A stretch of 64,000 nt of DNA from Vicinamibacterales bacterium (GCA_965262555.1 OZ253543.1:1546970-1610969); one strand, 5' to 3'. Shown: positions 12,375-20,486, counted from the first letter of the stretch. Notes: generated by a model not told the origin, from the letters alone. Translations and numbers: made by a program.

Positions 12375-12890
12375 ATGGACGCACTGAAGCAATTGATTCG
12401 CGAGGTACCCGACTTCCCGAAGCCGGGAATCCTCTTCTACGACATCACGACCCTCCTGATCGACCCCGACGGCCTGCGTCAGGCGATTGACTGCTTGGTG
12501 GAGCCGTACCGTGACGCGCCGGTCGACAAGGTGGTGGGCATCGAGAGCCGCGGCTTCATCCTGGGCGCGGCGGTGGCGGACCGCCTCGGTGTCGGCTTCG
12601 TGCCGGTCCGCAAGCCTGGGAAGCTGCCGTCACGATCGGTCCGCAAGGAATATGCGCTCGAGTACGGCACCGACGCCCTCGAGATGCACGCGGACGCGGT
12701 GGGTGAAGGCGAGCGGATCCTGATTGTCGATGACCTGCTCGCGACCGGTGGCACCGCGCGGGCGGTCGCCGACCTGGTTGGCGAGCTGGGCGCTACGGTC
12801 CATGCGCTGGTGTTTTTGATCGAGTTGGACGAGCTGCACGGCCGTGTCCGGCTCGACGGGCATGACCTGTACTCCGTCCTCCATTACTGA
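12375..12890 (+). CDS. apt: Adenine phosphoribosyltransferase
   Basis: 171 aa with the PRPP-binding motif [13 protein letters not shown] and full-length collinearity. Confidence 0.93.
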   Translation: MDALKQLIREVPDFPKPGILFYDITTLLIDPDGLRQAIDCLVEPYRDAPVDKVVGIESRGFILGAAVADRLGVGFVPVRKPGKLPSRSVRKEYALEYGTDALEMHADAVGEGERILIVDDLLATGGTARAVADLVGELGATVHALVFLIELDELHGRVRLDGHDLYSVLHY

Positions 12891-12911
12891 CGCGAGCGGA
12901 CCGACGGCGCT

Positions 12912-13433
12912 GTGGACATAACGCTGATTGTTATCGCCGTCGTGCTGGCTGGGCTTGCCGTGGTGCTCGCCGAACGGCATCGGCGCGCGTGTCGGGCGGA
13001 GCACGGTGAACGGATCGCCGCGCTGCTGCTCACCAGCGTGGCGCCGGCCGTGGCGCGTGCCGAGCCACGCGAGCTACTGGCGTGGCGAAGCGCGGCGGAC
13101 GCCGCCAGGCAGCTCTTCCCGGAGGCGGTCGCCGTGATCGAGGCGGGGACCGGCGAGCGGTTTCCGTTCCCGCGCGCAGTGGTCGAGGACGCTCATGCGC
13201 ACTGGACCGCTGACTGGCTGGCGTGGGAGCAACACCATGACACGGAGTACCGGGAGCGCGCCGCGGCGTTGGAGGTGGAGCTGCATGCGGCGGGCGGAGG
13301 TGATGCCGCGATGGCCGTGCGCGCGAAGATCGGCGCGCTCGAGGACGAGAAGCTGCAGACCTATCAGCGCCGCTACGAGGAGTACGTCCTTGTCGGCAAC
13401 GGTCTCATTGCCTTGACCGCGCCGGCCGGCTGA
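12912..13433 (+). CDS. Hypothetical membrane-anchored protein
   Basis: 173 aa with a GTG start and one N-terminal TM helix (ITLIVIAVVLAGLAVVLA), followed by a helical Ala/Glu/Arg-rich region. No family was recognised. Confidence 0.45.
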   Translation: MDITLIVIAVVLAGLAVVLAERHRRACRAEHGERIAALLLTSVAPAVARAEPRELLAWRSAADAARQLFPEAVAVIEAGTGERFPFPRAVVEDAHAHWTADWLAWEQHHDTEYRERAAALEVELHAAGGGDAAMAVRAKIGALEDEKLQTYQRRYEEYVLVGNGLIALTAPAG

Positions 13434-13467
13434 TCGCCGGCCCCCCGTGTACACTGGTGAGGCGTGT

Positions 13468-13544
13468 GCGCGTGTAGCTCAGCAGGATAGAGCGGCCGCC
13501 TCCTAAGCGGCAGGCCCCCGGTTCGAATCCGGGCACGCGCGCCA
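13468..13544 (+). tRNA. tRNA-Arg (anticodon CCT)
   Basis: Hand-folded cloverleaf: acceptor GCGCGTG/CACGCGC, D-arm GCTC..GAGC, anticodon stem GCCGC/GCGGC with loop CTCCTAA, T-arm CCCGG-TTCGAAT-CCGGG, and an encoded CCA. Confidence 0.93.
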
Positions 13545-13710
13545 ACCTACCGTTTTACCTGTTCCAAACAGGTGCCAAGAAACACCGTAAAAGGCGCATT
13601 TGTCAGCCCCCCCTCGCCTTCGGTGGAGTCGCTCCCGTCTGTATGTATCCCTGCGGGAAGGCTCCCCGGCCCGCACGCGGGCCGGACGATCAGCAGCGAC
13701 GAGCGGCGCG

Positions 13711-14427
13711 ATGCTTGACCGACTCATCCGCGCGTTCCTGGTCGTCGGCGGCGTCAGTGTCGCGTGCGCCTGGACGTGGCCCGGCGTGTTTCCCGAGGCC
13801 GATCCCGTGGCGGTGCTCGTCCGCTACCACACCCCGAACGTGTATCGCGCCGTCGTCGCGTGGTACTACGTGGCGCCCGGCGTGGCCGTGTTCCTGGCCG
13901 GCCAGTTCCTTCTCGCCACATCCCGGATCTGGTTCGCCCGGATGGGCGTCAGTGTAGGGCTCAGGTCCCGCCTTCCGACGTGGCCGCTTTCGCCTACGGC
14001 CGACGGGCCGGCGATCGTCGTCGGCGAGGTCCATCACCCGGTCCGAGCCATCGAGAGCCCGGCCCCCGAATGGCTGCCGATCCCGGAGCGGGGCCTCCAT
14101 ACCGGCGTGGCGATTGTCGGCGCGGTCGGGTCCGGCAAGACGTCGGCGTGTATGCACCCGTTCGCGCGCCAGCTCCTGAGCTGGCACGCGACGAATCCCG
14201 AGCGGCGCGCGGCGGCGCTGGTCCTTGAAGTCAAAGGCGATTCTTGCCACGACATCCGCCGGATGCTCACCGAGCTGGACAGAGGTGGCGACTACATCGA
14301 GCTGTCCCTCGATGGCCGGCTGACATGGAACCCGCTGAGTGCGACCTGGCTCGATTCGTACTCGCTCGCCTACACGGTCGCGTCCCTCTTGAATCACCTC
14401 TTCGGCAAGGGCAAAGAACCCTTGTGG
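13711..14427 (+). pseudogene. N-terminal fragment of a type IV coupling-protein-like (TraD/VirD4/TraG-type) membrane ATPase
   Basis: It has two predicted N-terminal TM helices and then the Walker A motif IVGAVGSGKTS. Family-like sequence runs to ...LFGKGKEPLW and then degenerates (ORF stops at 14478). About 240 aa remain of what are normally 600+ aa proteins. Confidence 0.55.
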
Positions 14428-14435
14428 CTCCCGGC

Positions 14436-14561
14436 TGGCGCAATCCGAAGCACGTTCAGAACTGGCAGGCGAGCCTGACGCGGCACGCGTTCCCGCGCAT
14501 CGGCGACGTGCCGGGCTCCGAGCTGACGACGGCCGACGTCATCGAGGCGCTGCGGCCCATT
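14436..14561 (+). pseudogene. Internal fragment of a P4-type tyrosine integrase (N-terminal SAM-like region only)
   Basis: The frame of ORF 14244..14591 reads GWRNPKHVQNWQASLTRHAFPRIGDVPGSELTTADVIEALRPI. This matches the '...KH..W...L..(Y/H)(A/V)FP.IG..P....T..D(V/I)...L.PIW' block of tRNA-associated integrases. No catalytic domain follows. Confidence 0.55.
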
Positions 14562-14628
14562 CCGGCCGCCATCACTATTGCCGTCCTTTGAGGCCGTGAT
14601 GGTTTACGTATATCGTTAGGGAACGCTG

Positions 14629-14907
14629 GTGATTCGAGGCTTCAAGGATAGAGACACGCGGCGGTTCTTCGAGGGCCACCGTGTCTCGGCGTTCCAGGGG
14701 TTCGCCGACCAAGCCGCGCGCCGACTCACGCTGCTGGACAGCGCGGACGCGCTCCAGGACCTAGCGGGGTTGCGGAGCAATCGACTGGAGGCGCTCCTGG
14801 GCGACCGGGCCGGGCAGCACAGCATTCGGATCAATTCGCAATGGCGCATCTGCTTCCGGTGGGCAACCGACGGGCCATGCGACGTGGAGATCGTGGACTA
14901 TCACTAG
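14629..14907 (+). CDS. higB: HigB-type toxin (RelE/ParE superfamily, 'plasmid maintenance system killer')
   Basis: 92 aa with a GTG start: IRGFKDRDTRRFFEG...HSIRINSQWRICFRW...VEIVDYH, the typical HigB signature. It lies upstream of its antitoxin (reverse TA order). Confidence 0.85.
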   Translation: MIRGFKDRDTRRFFEGHRVSAFQGFADQAARRLTLLDSADALQDLAGLRSNRLEALLGDRAGQHSIRINSQWRICFRWATDGPCDVEIVDYH

Positions 14908-14910
14908 CGA

Positions 14911-15228
14911 ATGGACAAGACGATGGCTCCCAAGAACGGCATGCGTCCGGTGCATCCGGGCGAGATCCTGCGTGAAGAACTCGAGACGCTCGACCTGTCG
15001 GCTAACGCGCTGTCCAAGGCGCTCGGCGTGCCGGTGAACCGCATCACGGCGATCCTGAACGGGCAACGCGGCGTCACCGCCGACACGGCGCTCCGGCTGG
15101 CGCGCTACTTCGGGACGACTCCACACGTCTGGCTGCACCTGCAGCAGACCTACGACCTGCGCCGGACTGAGATCGCAGTGGGGCGGCGGATCGCCGACTG
15201 CGTGCGGCCGAGGCATACATCAGCGTAG
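14911..15228 (+). CDS. higA: HigA antitoxin (XRE-family HTH)
   Basis: 105 aa: HPGEILREELETLDLSANALSKALGVPVNRITAILNGQRGVTADTALRLARYFGTTPHVWLHLQ. It starts 3 nt after the higB stop. Confidence 0.88.
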   Translation: MDKTMAPKNGMRPVHPGEILREELETLDLSANALSKALGVPVNRITAILNGQRGVTADTALRLARYFGTTPHVWLHLQQTYDLRRTEIAVGRRIADCVRPRHTSA

Positions 15229-15241
15229 GACGTACACCACG

Positions 15242-15925
15242 ATGCGCCTGTCCTGGAATGAGATCCGCGCCCGCGCCGCCGAATTCACCCGCGAATGGGC
15301 CGACGCCGCGTACGAGAAGGGCGAGACGCAGAGCTTCTACAATGAGTTCTTTGAGATGTTCGGCGTCCGGCGGCGCACCGTCGCCCGCTACGAGGAGCAC
15401 GTTCGGCGGCTAGACGACACCGCCGGCTTCATCGACCTGTTCTGGCCCGGCGTCCTGCTGGTCGAGCAGAAGAGCGCCGGCCGCGACTTGGCTGCCGCGA
15501 GTCAGCAGGCCGGCACCTACTTCGACGCGCTACCCGAACGGGACCGCCCCCGCTACCAGCTTCTCTGCGACTTCCGGTCGTTCGAGCTTCTCGATCGCGA
15601 CGAACGCGAAGAATCCCGCTTCGCGCTTGCCGACCTGCCGCAGCACGTCGAGAAGTTCGGGTTCATCATCGGCGTGCAGCGCCGTACGTTCCGCGATCAG
15701 GATCCGGTCAACATTGAGGCGTCCGAGTTGATCGCACGTCTGCACGATGCGCTGAAGGCGTCCGGCTACGACGGTCACGACCTGGAGTTGTTTCTGGTAC
15801 GGACCGTGTTCTGCCTGTTCGCCGACGACACCGGCATCTTCGAGCCGCGCGACATCTACCTCCAATTCATCGACGAACGCAGGTTCTGTGCGTCCTGCCG
15901 TGGCAGGATGTCACGACTGGCGTAG
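15242..15925 (+). pseudogene. Truncated type IIL/IIG restriction-modification enzyme (MmeI family): N-terminal endonuclease domain plus part of the helical connector only
   Basis: Collinear with the MmeI N-terminus as I remember it (MxLSWNEIRxxAxEF..., FIDLFWPGVLLVEQKSxG, PRYxLxCDF, LELxLVRxxFCLFAxDTxIFE). Similarity ends near codon 213 (...LQFIDERR), followed by 14 unrelated codons and a stop. No methyltransferase or TRD part is present. Confidence 0.75.
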
Positions 15926-17442
15926 TGGTTCCAGCCGAACGCTTCCTTGACCGCCATCGACAGGTCGAAGCCGTGCTGCACCGACTCGGGGACAGTCAGG
16001 TTGAAGTCGAAGGGGAAGATGCTGTGCCCCTCGAACTCCTCGTTCCACGACCCGACGATGTAGGTGGGGGCGGGCAGTTGCGGCGTGCCGAGCGTGTCGC
16101 GCCACTCGGTCTCGAGGTACTCGGTGAGGTGGATATCGCGCATCAGCTTGATGAAGTCGGTGTAGGCGCCGCGACCGATCTGCAACGTCGCGAATCCCGG
16201 CTTGGAGAAGCCCGGCGACACGTTCGGAATCACCGTAATCCGCTGCCCCGTGAACACGTTCCGGAGGGATCGCATCTCGGCGTAGTTGGCCCGCAGGATG
16301 GTGAGCTGATTCTCGATGTAGCGGTCGGTGACCGGCACCGTCCGGGACACCGGCGTCGGTTTCAGCGCCGCATGGTGGTAAACATAGATGGCGTCGAAGT
16401 TGGCGGCGCGCCACACTCGGTCTTGTGAGTAGTGGCCGGTCGGCGACAGGAACAATTCGTCGCCCACCAGGTACGGGTGGGCGCCGTAGATGTCTCGGAA
16501 CCGGTCACGGAACTCGCTGAGGGTCTGCGCGATGGCTTCGTAGGCGACAGAGTTGGGCGGCACCGGTCCCCATGTGTGCGAGCCGAAGATGAAGATAACC
16601 GGCCTGCTGTCGAGCATGAAGATCCGCGCCGGGCTCTCGTCCCGCACCTCCGCCAGGAAGCGGGCCATCATCTCGAAGTCGTTGCGCATCGGGGTGATGG
16701 CGTCCCGACGTTGGAAGTCGAGCCGCCCGGTCGGGCTGTAGGTGTTTTGCAGATTGGCAATCGTGTTCTCATAGATGAGGCAGACGTGGCGCGTGCCGAC
16801 GTTAGGCGCCTGCAGGTACCCGCGGCGGTAGTTTCCCTGGTTGTCGTAGTTGTCGGGATCGCGCGCGGGGATCCAGCTCAGCGCGTCGACCGTCACGCCG
16901 AACTCGTTCTTCAACTCGTTGAACGTCGTCTCGACGGCCGGGTCCCCGGACAGGTAGTTTCCCCCCTTGAACCGGCTGGTCTGCAGCGCGGGCGGCCGCA
17001 CCAGCGACTTGTACCAGCCGTAGTGCCACGCGATCGTAATCGGACGTGACCGCACTGGAGCTCCCGCTGCGTAGTGCTGCACGGAGTGGCCAACCGCCAT
17101 GACCGCCTCGGTGTCGACCACGCCCCGGCCGAAGACATCCACCCGAGGATCGAAGCCGCGCGCCGGCTGCAGGCGAAAACCCCGCTGCGCGAAGAGGGCC
17201 GATTCGGCCAGATTCCGATCGGCGGGAGTCACCGCGCCGTTGCCGTCAACGTCCGCCACCCACGAGGGAAGCAACACCGGCGTCTGCGCCTTCGGTACGG
17301 CGCCGCGCGACACGGCGCCCGCAAGCGCGGCCCCGCTGGCCGTTAGGAAGCGGCGCCGGGTGGTAGACGGGGCGGCCGCTGGCCGTTCGTTCACGCTCGA
17401 CACCAACGACTTCCTTGGGCAGGGAGTGATTCGCCCGTCCAC
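15856..17442 (-). CDS. Exported protein with a Tat-type signal, a dockerin/EF-hand-like Ca-binding loop and a putative GH99/GH71-like glycosidase-fold domain (function uncertain)
   Basis: TTRRRFLTASGAALAGA twin-arginine signal; DVDGNGAVTPADRNLAESALF loop; WHYGWY... and ...GSWNEEFEGHS blocks that weakly recall GH99-type motifs (from memory only). The true start is probably downstream of 17442. The last ~23 codons overlap the RM fragment on the opposite strand. Confidence 0.5.
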   Translation of the reverse strand: MDGRITPCPRKSLVSSVNERPAAAPSTTRRRFLTASGAALAGAVSRGAVPKAQTPVLLPSWVADVDGNGAVTPADRNLAESALFAQRGFRLQPARGFDPRVDVFGRGVVDTEAVMAVGHSVQHYAAGAPVRSRPITIAWHYGWYKSLVRPPALQTSRFKGGNYLSGDPAVETTFNELKNEFGVTVDALSWIPARDPDNYDNQGNYRRGYLQAPNVGTRHVCLIYENTIANLQNTYSPTGRLDFQRRDAITPMRNDFEMMARFLAEVRDESPARIFMLDSRPVIFIFGSHTWGPVPPNSVAYEAIAQTLSEFRDRFRDIYGAHPYLVGDELFLSPTGHYSQDRVWRAANFDAIYVYHHAALKPTPVSRTVPVTDRYIENQLTILRANYAEMRSLRNVFTGQRITVIPNVSPGFSKPGFATLQIGRGAYTDFIKLMRDIHLTEYLETEWRDTLGTPQLPAPTYIVGSWNEEFEGHSIFPFDFNLTVPESVQHGFDLSMAVKEAFGWNHYASRDILPRQDAQNLRSSMNWR

Positions 17443-17618
17443 GCGGTGGAACCTGGAGCGGCTAGGCTAGCCGACGGCGCGGTGCATGACAAGCCGGCCG
17501 AGTTTGCTAGACTGCCGGTGTCCGGAGCAGACGCGGGCCTGCGGGAGCCTTCCCGGCGCAAGTCCAGCGCGCGTTGCCCGCTGTGGACGGTGACGTGGCC
17601 GTCCTGGGAGCATGACGA

Positions 17619-18593
17619 GTGTCAGGGGGCTTCGTCCATCGGATCGACCCCGTCCTGTTCGACATCGGAGGCGTCTACCTCTGGTGGTACGGCTTGGGGT
17701 TTGCCCTCGGCTTTCTCCACCTGCACCTCTTCCTGATGCGCAGCCGGGAGTGGTTGCACTTGTCGCCGCGCTCGATCTCGACCCTGAGCCTGCTCCTGAC
17801 GGCCGGCATCCTCGCGGGCGGACGCACGGTCGAGGTGACGTTCGACGAGTGGTTCTTCTACCGGGAACACCCCGAGCTCATCCCGGCGTTCTGGCTCGGC
17901 GGCATGGCGACCCATGGCCTCATGGCGGGTGGGGCGCTGGTCGCCTGGACCTACGCCCGGTGGCGGCGGATGCCGATGCACCACCTGGCGGATGTCCTGG
18001 TGATTCCGGCGGCATTCCTCCTGGGCATGGGACGGATCGGCAACTTCATCGACGGTCAGATTGTGGGCTCGGTGACCGGCGCCTGGTGGGGTGTGCAGTT
18101 TCCGGACGCCGACGGGTTCCGGCATCCGGTGGTTCTGTACGACGGCATGAAGAACCTGCTGTTGATGGCGTATCTGGTGTACGTCCGACGGACCAGCCGG
18201 ACACCCGGCGCCGTCGCGGCGCGCTTCGTCTTCTGGTACGCGGCGCCCCGCATCGTGATCGATCTGTTCCGCGACTACCCGACGCATCGCCTGGCGCTCG
18301 GCACGGGCCAGACGCTGAATATCGTGATGGCGGTCATTGGCCTGGTGCTGCTGTACCGCTCGCGCCTCCGCCGGCAGGGACGCATCCGCCGCCTGCCGGC
18401 GCCGGCGGATCGGTCGACGCGGAGCGTCGCCCCGCCGACATGGGCGCATCGGGTTGCCTTGGCAGTGCTGCTCGCCTTCTGTCTGACGATTCCGAGCAAC
18501 TGGACTCAGAACATCCCGGCGCGGTACGCTGACCGCCACGCTGGCTTGGTCCATTCGGCCCTGTACCCGGACATCGACACGACCCCGCCCTAG
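17619..18593 (+). CDS. lgt: Prolipoprotein diacylglyceryl transferase
   Basis: 324 aa, polytopic. The N-terminal IDPVLFDIGGVYLWWYGLGFALGF and ...GRIGNFIDGQIVG blocks are typical of Lgt. Confidence 0.9.
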   Translation: MSGGFVHRIDPVLFDIGGVYLWWYGLGFALGFLHLHLFLMRSREWLHLSPRSISTLSLLLTAGILAGGRTVEVTFDEWFFYREHPELIPAFWLGGMATHGLMAGGALVAWTYARWRRMPMHHLADVLVIPAAFLLGMGRIGNFIDGQIVGSVTGAWWGVQFPDADGFRHPVVLYDGMKNLLLMAYLVYVRRTSRTPGAVAARFVFWYAAPRIVIDLFRDYPTHRLALGTGQTLNIVMAVIGLVLLYRSRLRRQGRIRRLPAPADRSTRSVAPPTWAHRVALAVLLAFCLTIPSNWTQNIPARYADRHAGLVHSALYPDIDTTPP

Positions 18594-18751
18594 CAGCCCG
18601 TGGTGAAACCCGCGTGACACCGAGAGCGGTGAGGCGCCCGCCTGACAAGGCGCGACGAGGGAGCATATTGGCGATATGCGACCGAGGAGCAACGCCGCTC
18701 AGGCGGGATGCATCGCCGCTCGAATGTGGCGGGGGTTTCACCACGGGCTGC
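18593..18751. mobile_element. MITE-like non-autonomous element: 19-bp perfect terminal inverted repeats, flanking TA duplication, inserted in CTAG
   Basis: GCAGCCCGTGGTGAAACCC (18593-18611) and its exact reverse complement (18733-18751), each flanked by TA (18591-92 and 18752-53) within the context CCC-TA[...]TA-GGG. The interior folds into a long imperfect hairpin. No ORF. Confidence 0.45.
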
Positions 18752-18821
18752 TAGGGTGCGCGGCGGATTTTGGTAAGCTATCCGGTCTGGGGCGCGGAAG
18801 CGCGCCCACCATGGGACTGTC

Positions 18822-19571
18822 ATGAAGCGATCGGAACGGCACCACCTGAAGGCGAATCCGCTCGCGACGCTGCTCGCGGCACTGCGCGAGACGGACTGGG
18901 TCAACACTCGTTCGGTCAGTGGCGCAGCGGTGGTGGTCGGAGCGCTGGTGATTGCCGGCGCGGTCTTCGGCTGGCAGCAGTACCGTTCCACGCAGGCGAG
19001 CGCGCTGCTCGCCGGCGCGATGGCGATCGTCGATGCGCCGGTCGTGCCGACCGATGGCGCCGCCGAGAGCGCCGAGGTCAACGCGGCGTCCGAGTTCCCG
19101 ACGGTCGAGGCGAAACTGGAGGCGGCGCTGCCGCGGCTGCTCGAGGTGGCCGACGCCTATCCGGGGCTGCCACAGGGGATCGCGGCGCGATACCAGGCGG
19201 CGGTAGCGCTTGGCGTCCTGGGACGAGCCGGCGAGGCGGAGACCGAGTACCAGCGCATCATGGAACTGGATGCCAGCGGGATGTACGGCAGGATGGCGCG
19301 ACTCGGCCGCGCCGAAGCGCTGCTCGACGCTGGTGATCACGACCGGGCGATTGTGATGCTGGCCGAAGCATCAGCGGCGTCGGTGACCGACGAGGCGGGA
19401 CTGCCGCGCGATGCGCTGCTGATGCGTCTCGGTCAGGCCTATACGCTGTCGGGACAGTCGGCCGAGGCGGTGTCCACCTTCCAGCAACTGATCGACGAGT
19501 TTCCCGCCTCGGGCTACCGGTTCGACGCCCAGCGTGAACTCGATACCCTTTTGCAGCCGAGCGACGGGTAA
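18822..19571 (+). CDS. Membrane-anchored TPR protein (YfgM-like)
   Basis: 249 aa. A short cytoplasmic N-terminus is followed by one TM helix (AAVVVGALVIAGAVFGW) and a TPR-like C-terminal region. Confidence 0.6.
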   Translation: MKRSERHHLKANPLATLLAALRETDWVNTRSVSGAAVVVGALVIAGAVFGWQQYRSTQASALLAGAMAIVDAPVVPTDGAAESAEVNAASEFPTVEAKLEAALPRLLEVADAYPGLPQGIAARYQAAVALGVLGRAGEAETEYQRIMELDASGMYGRMARLGRAEALLDAGDHDRAIVMLAEASAASVTDEAGLPRDALLMRLGQAYTLSGQSAEAVSTFQQLIDEFPASGYRFDAQRELDTLLQPSDG

Positions 19572-19598
19572 CGCGCACTCCTGTCCGCCGCCCCAGTC

Positions 19599-20486
19599 AT
19601 GGCTGCCGGCAGCTTCACCGTCGGACTCGTGCAGATGGCGTGGTCCGGTTCCGCCGTGGCCGCGCGCGCCGCCGCCGAGGCAGGCATCCGCGACGCCGTC
19701 GGGCAGGGCGCCGGGATCGTCTGTCTCCAGGAGCTGTTCGCGTCACCCTACTTCTGCCAGGAGGAGGACACCGCCTGCTTCGATTTGGCCGAGTCGGTGC
19801 CTGGGCCGACGACCGAACGGTTCGCCGGTCTTGCGCGCGAGCTGGAGGTGGTGATCGTCGTCCCGATCTTCGAACGGCGGACAGCGGGGCTGTACCACAA
19901 CACGGCGGCGGTCATCGATGCGACGGGCGATCTGCTCGGCACGTACCGGAAGATGCACATCCCGGACGATCCCCAGTTCTTCGAGAAGTTCTACTTCACG
20001 CCGGGCGACCTGGGGTACCCCGTCTTCGAGACGCGCTATGCGCGCGTGGGCGTGCTGATCTGCTGGGATCAGTGGTACCCCGAGGCGGCGCGTCTGATGG
20101 CGCTCGGAGGGGCGGAGCTCATCTGCTATCCGACGGCGATCGCGTGGCCCGCCGCCGGGCCGGGGCCGGACGGCGAGGCGGAGCGCGATGCCTGGCGGAC
20201 GGTACAACGGGGGCATGCGATCGCCAACGGCGTGTGGGTGGCGTCGGTCAACCGTGTCGGCGTCGAGGCCTCCGAGGCAGGCGGCCTTCGGTTCTGGGGC
20301 GGATCGTTCATCTGCGATCCGCTCGGGCGGGTCATCACGGAGGCGTCGGACGCGCCGGCGGTGGTTGTCGCACAATGCGAACGCGGGCTGGTGGAGCAGC
20401 AACGCCGCGCCTGGCCGTTCCTTCGCGACCGGCGGATCGATACCTACGAGGGGCTGCGCGAACGATTCCTCGACGGCGGTCGATGA
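19599..20486 (+). CDS. aguB: N-carbamoylputrescine amidase (carbon-nitrogen hydrolase family)
   Basis: 295 aa with the nitrilase-superfamily catalytic block VGVLICWDQWYPE. It is linked to agmatine deiminase by an ATGA overlap. Confidence 0.85.
   Translation: MAAGSFTVGLVQMAWSGSAVAARAAAEAGIRDAVGQGAGIVCLQELFASPYFCQEEDTACFDLAESVPGPTTERFAGLARELEVVIVVPIFERRTAGLYHNTAAVIDATGDLLGTYRKMHIPDDPQFFEKFYFTPGDLGYPVFETRYARVGVLICWDQWYPEAARLMALGGAELICYPTAIAWPAAGPGPDGEAERDAWRTVQRGHAIANGVWVASVNRVGVEASEAGGLRFWGGSFICDPLGRVITEASDAPAVVVAQCERGLVEQQRRAWPFLRDRRIDTYEGLRERFLDGGR

Noticed and set aside
18588-18756. The long hairpin after lgt interpreted as a rod-like ncRNA (SRP/4.5S or 6S RNA) or as the lgt terminator.
   Set aside because: - It has no SRP domain-IV motif (GGAA tetraloop with AGCA/GGAAGCAGCC-type loops) and no 6S-like central bubble.
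- The 19-24-bp terminal stem is perfectly Watson-Crick, and TA/CTAG flanks fit a DNA-level transposition signature better.
- The stem is far longer than terminators, with no adjacent U-tract.
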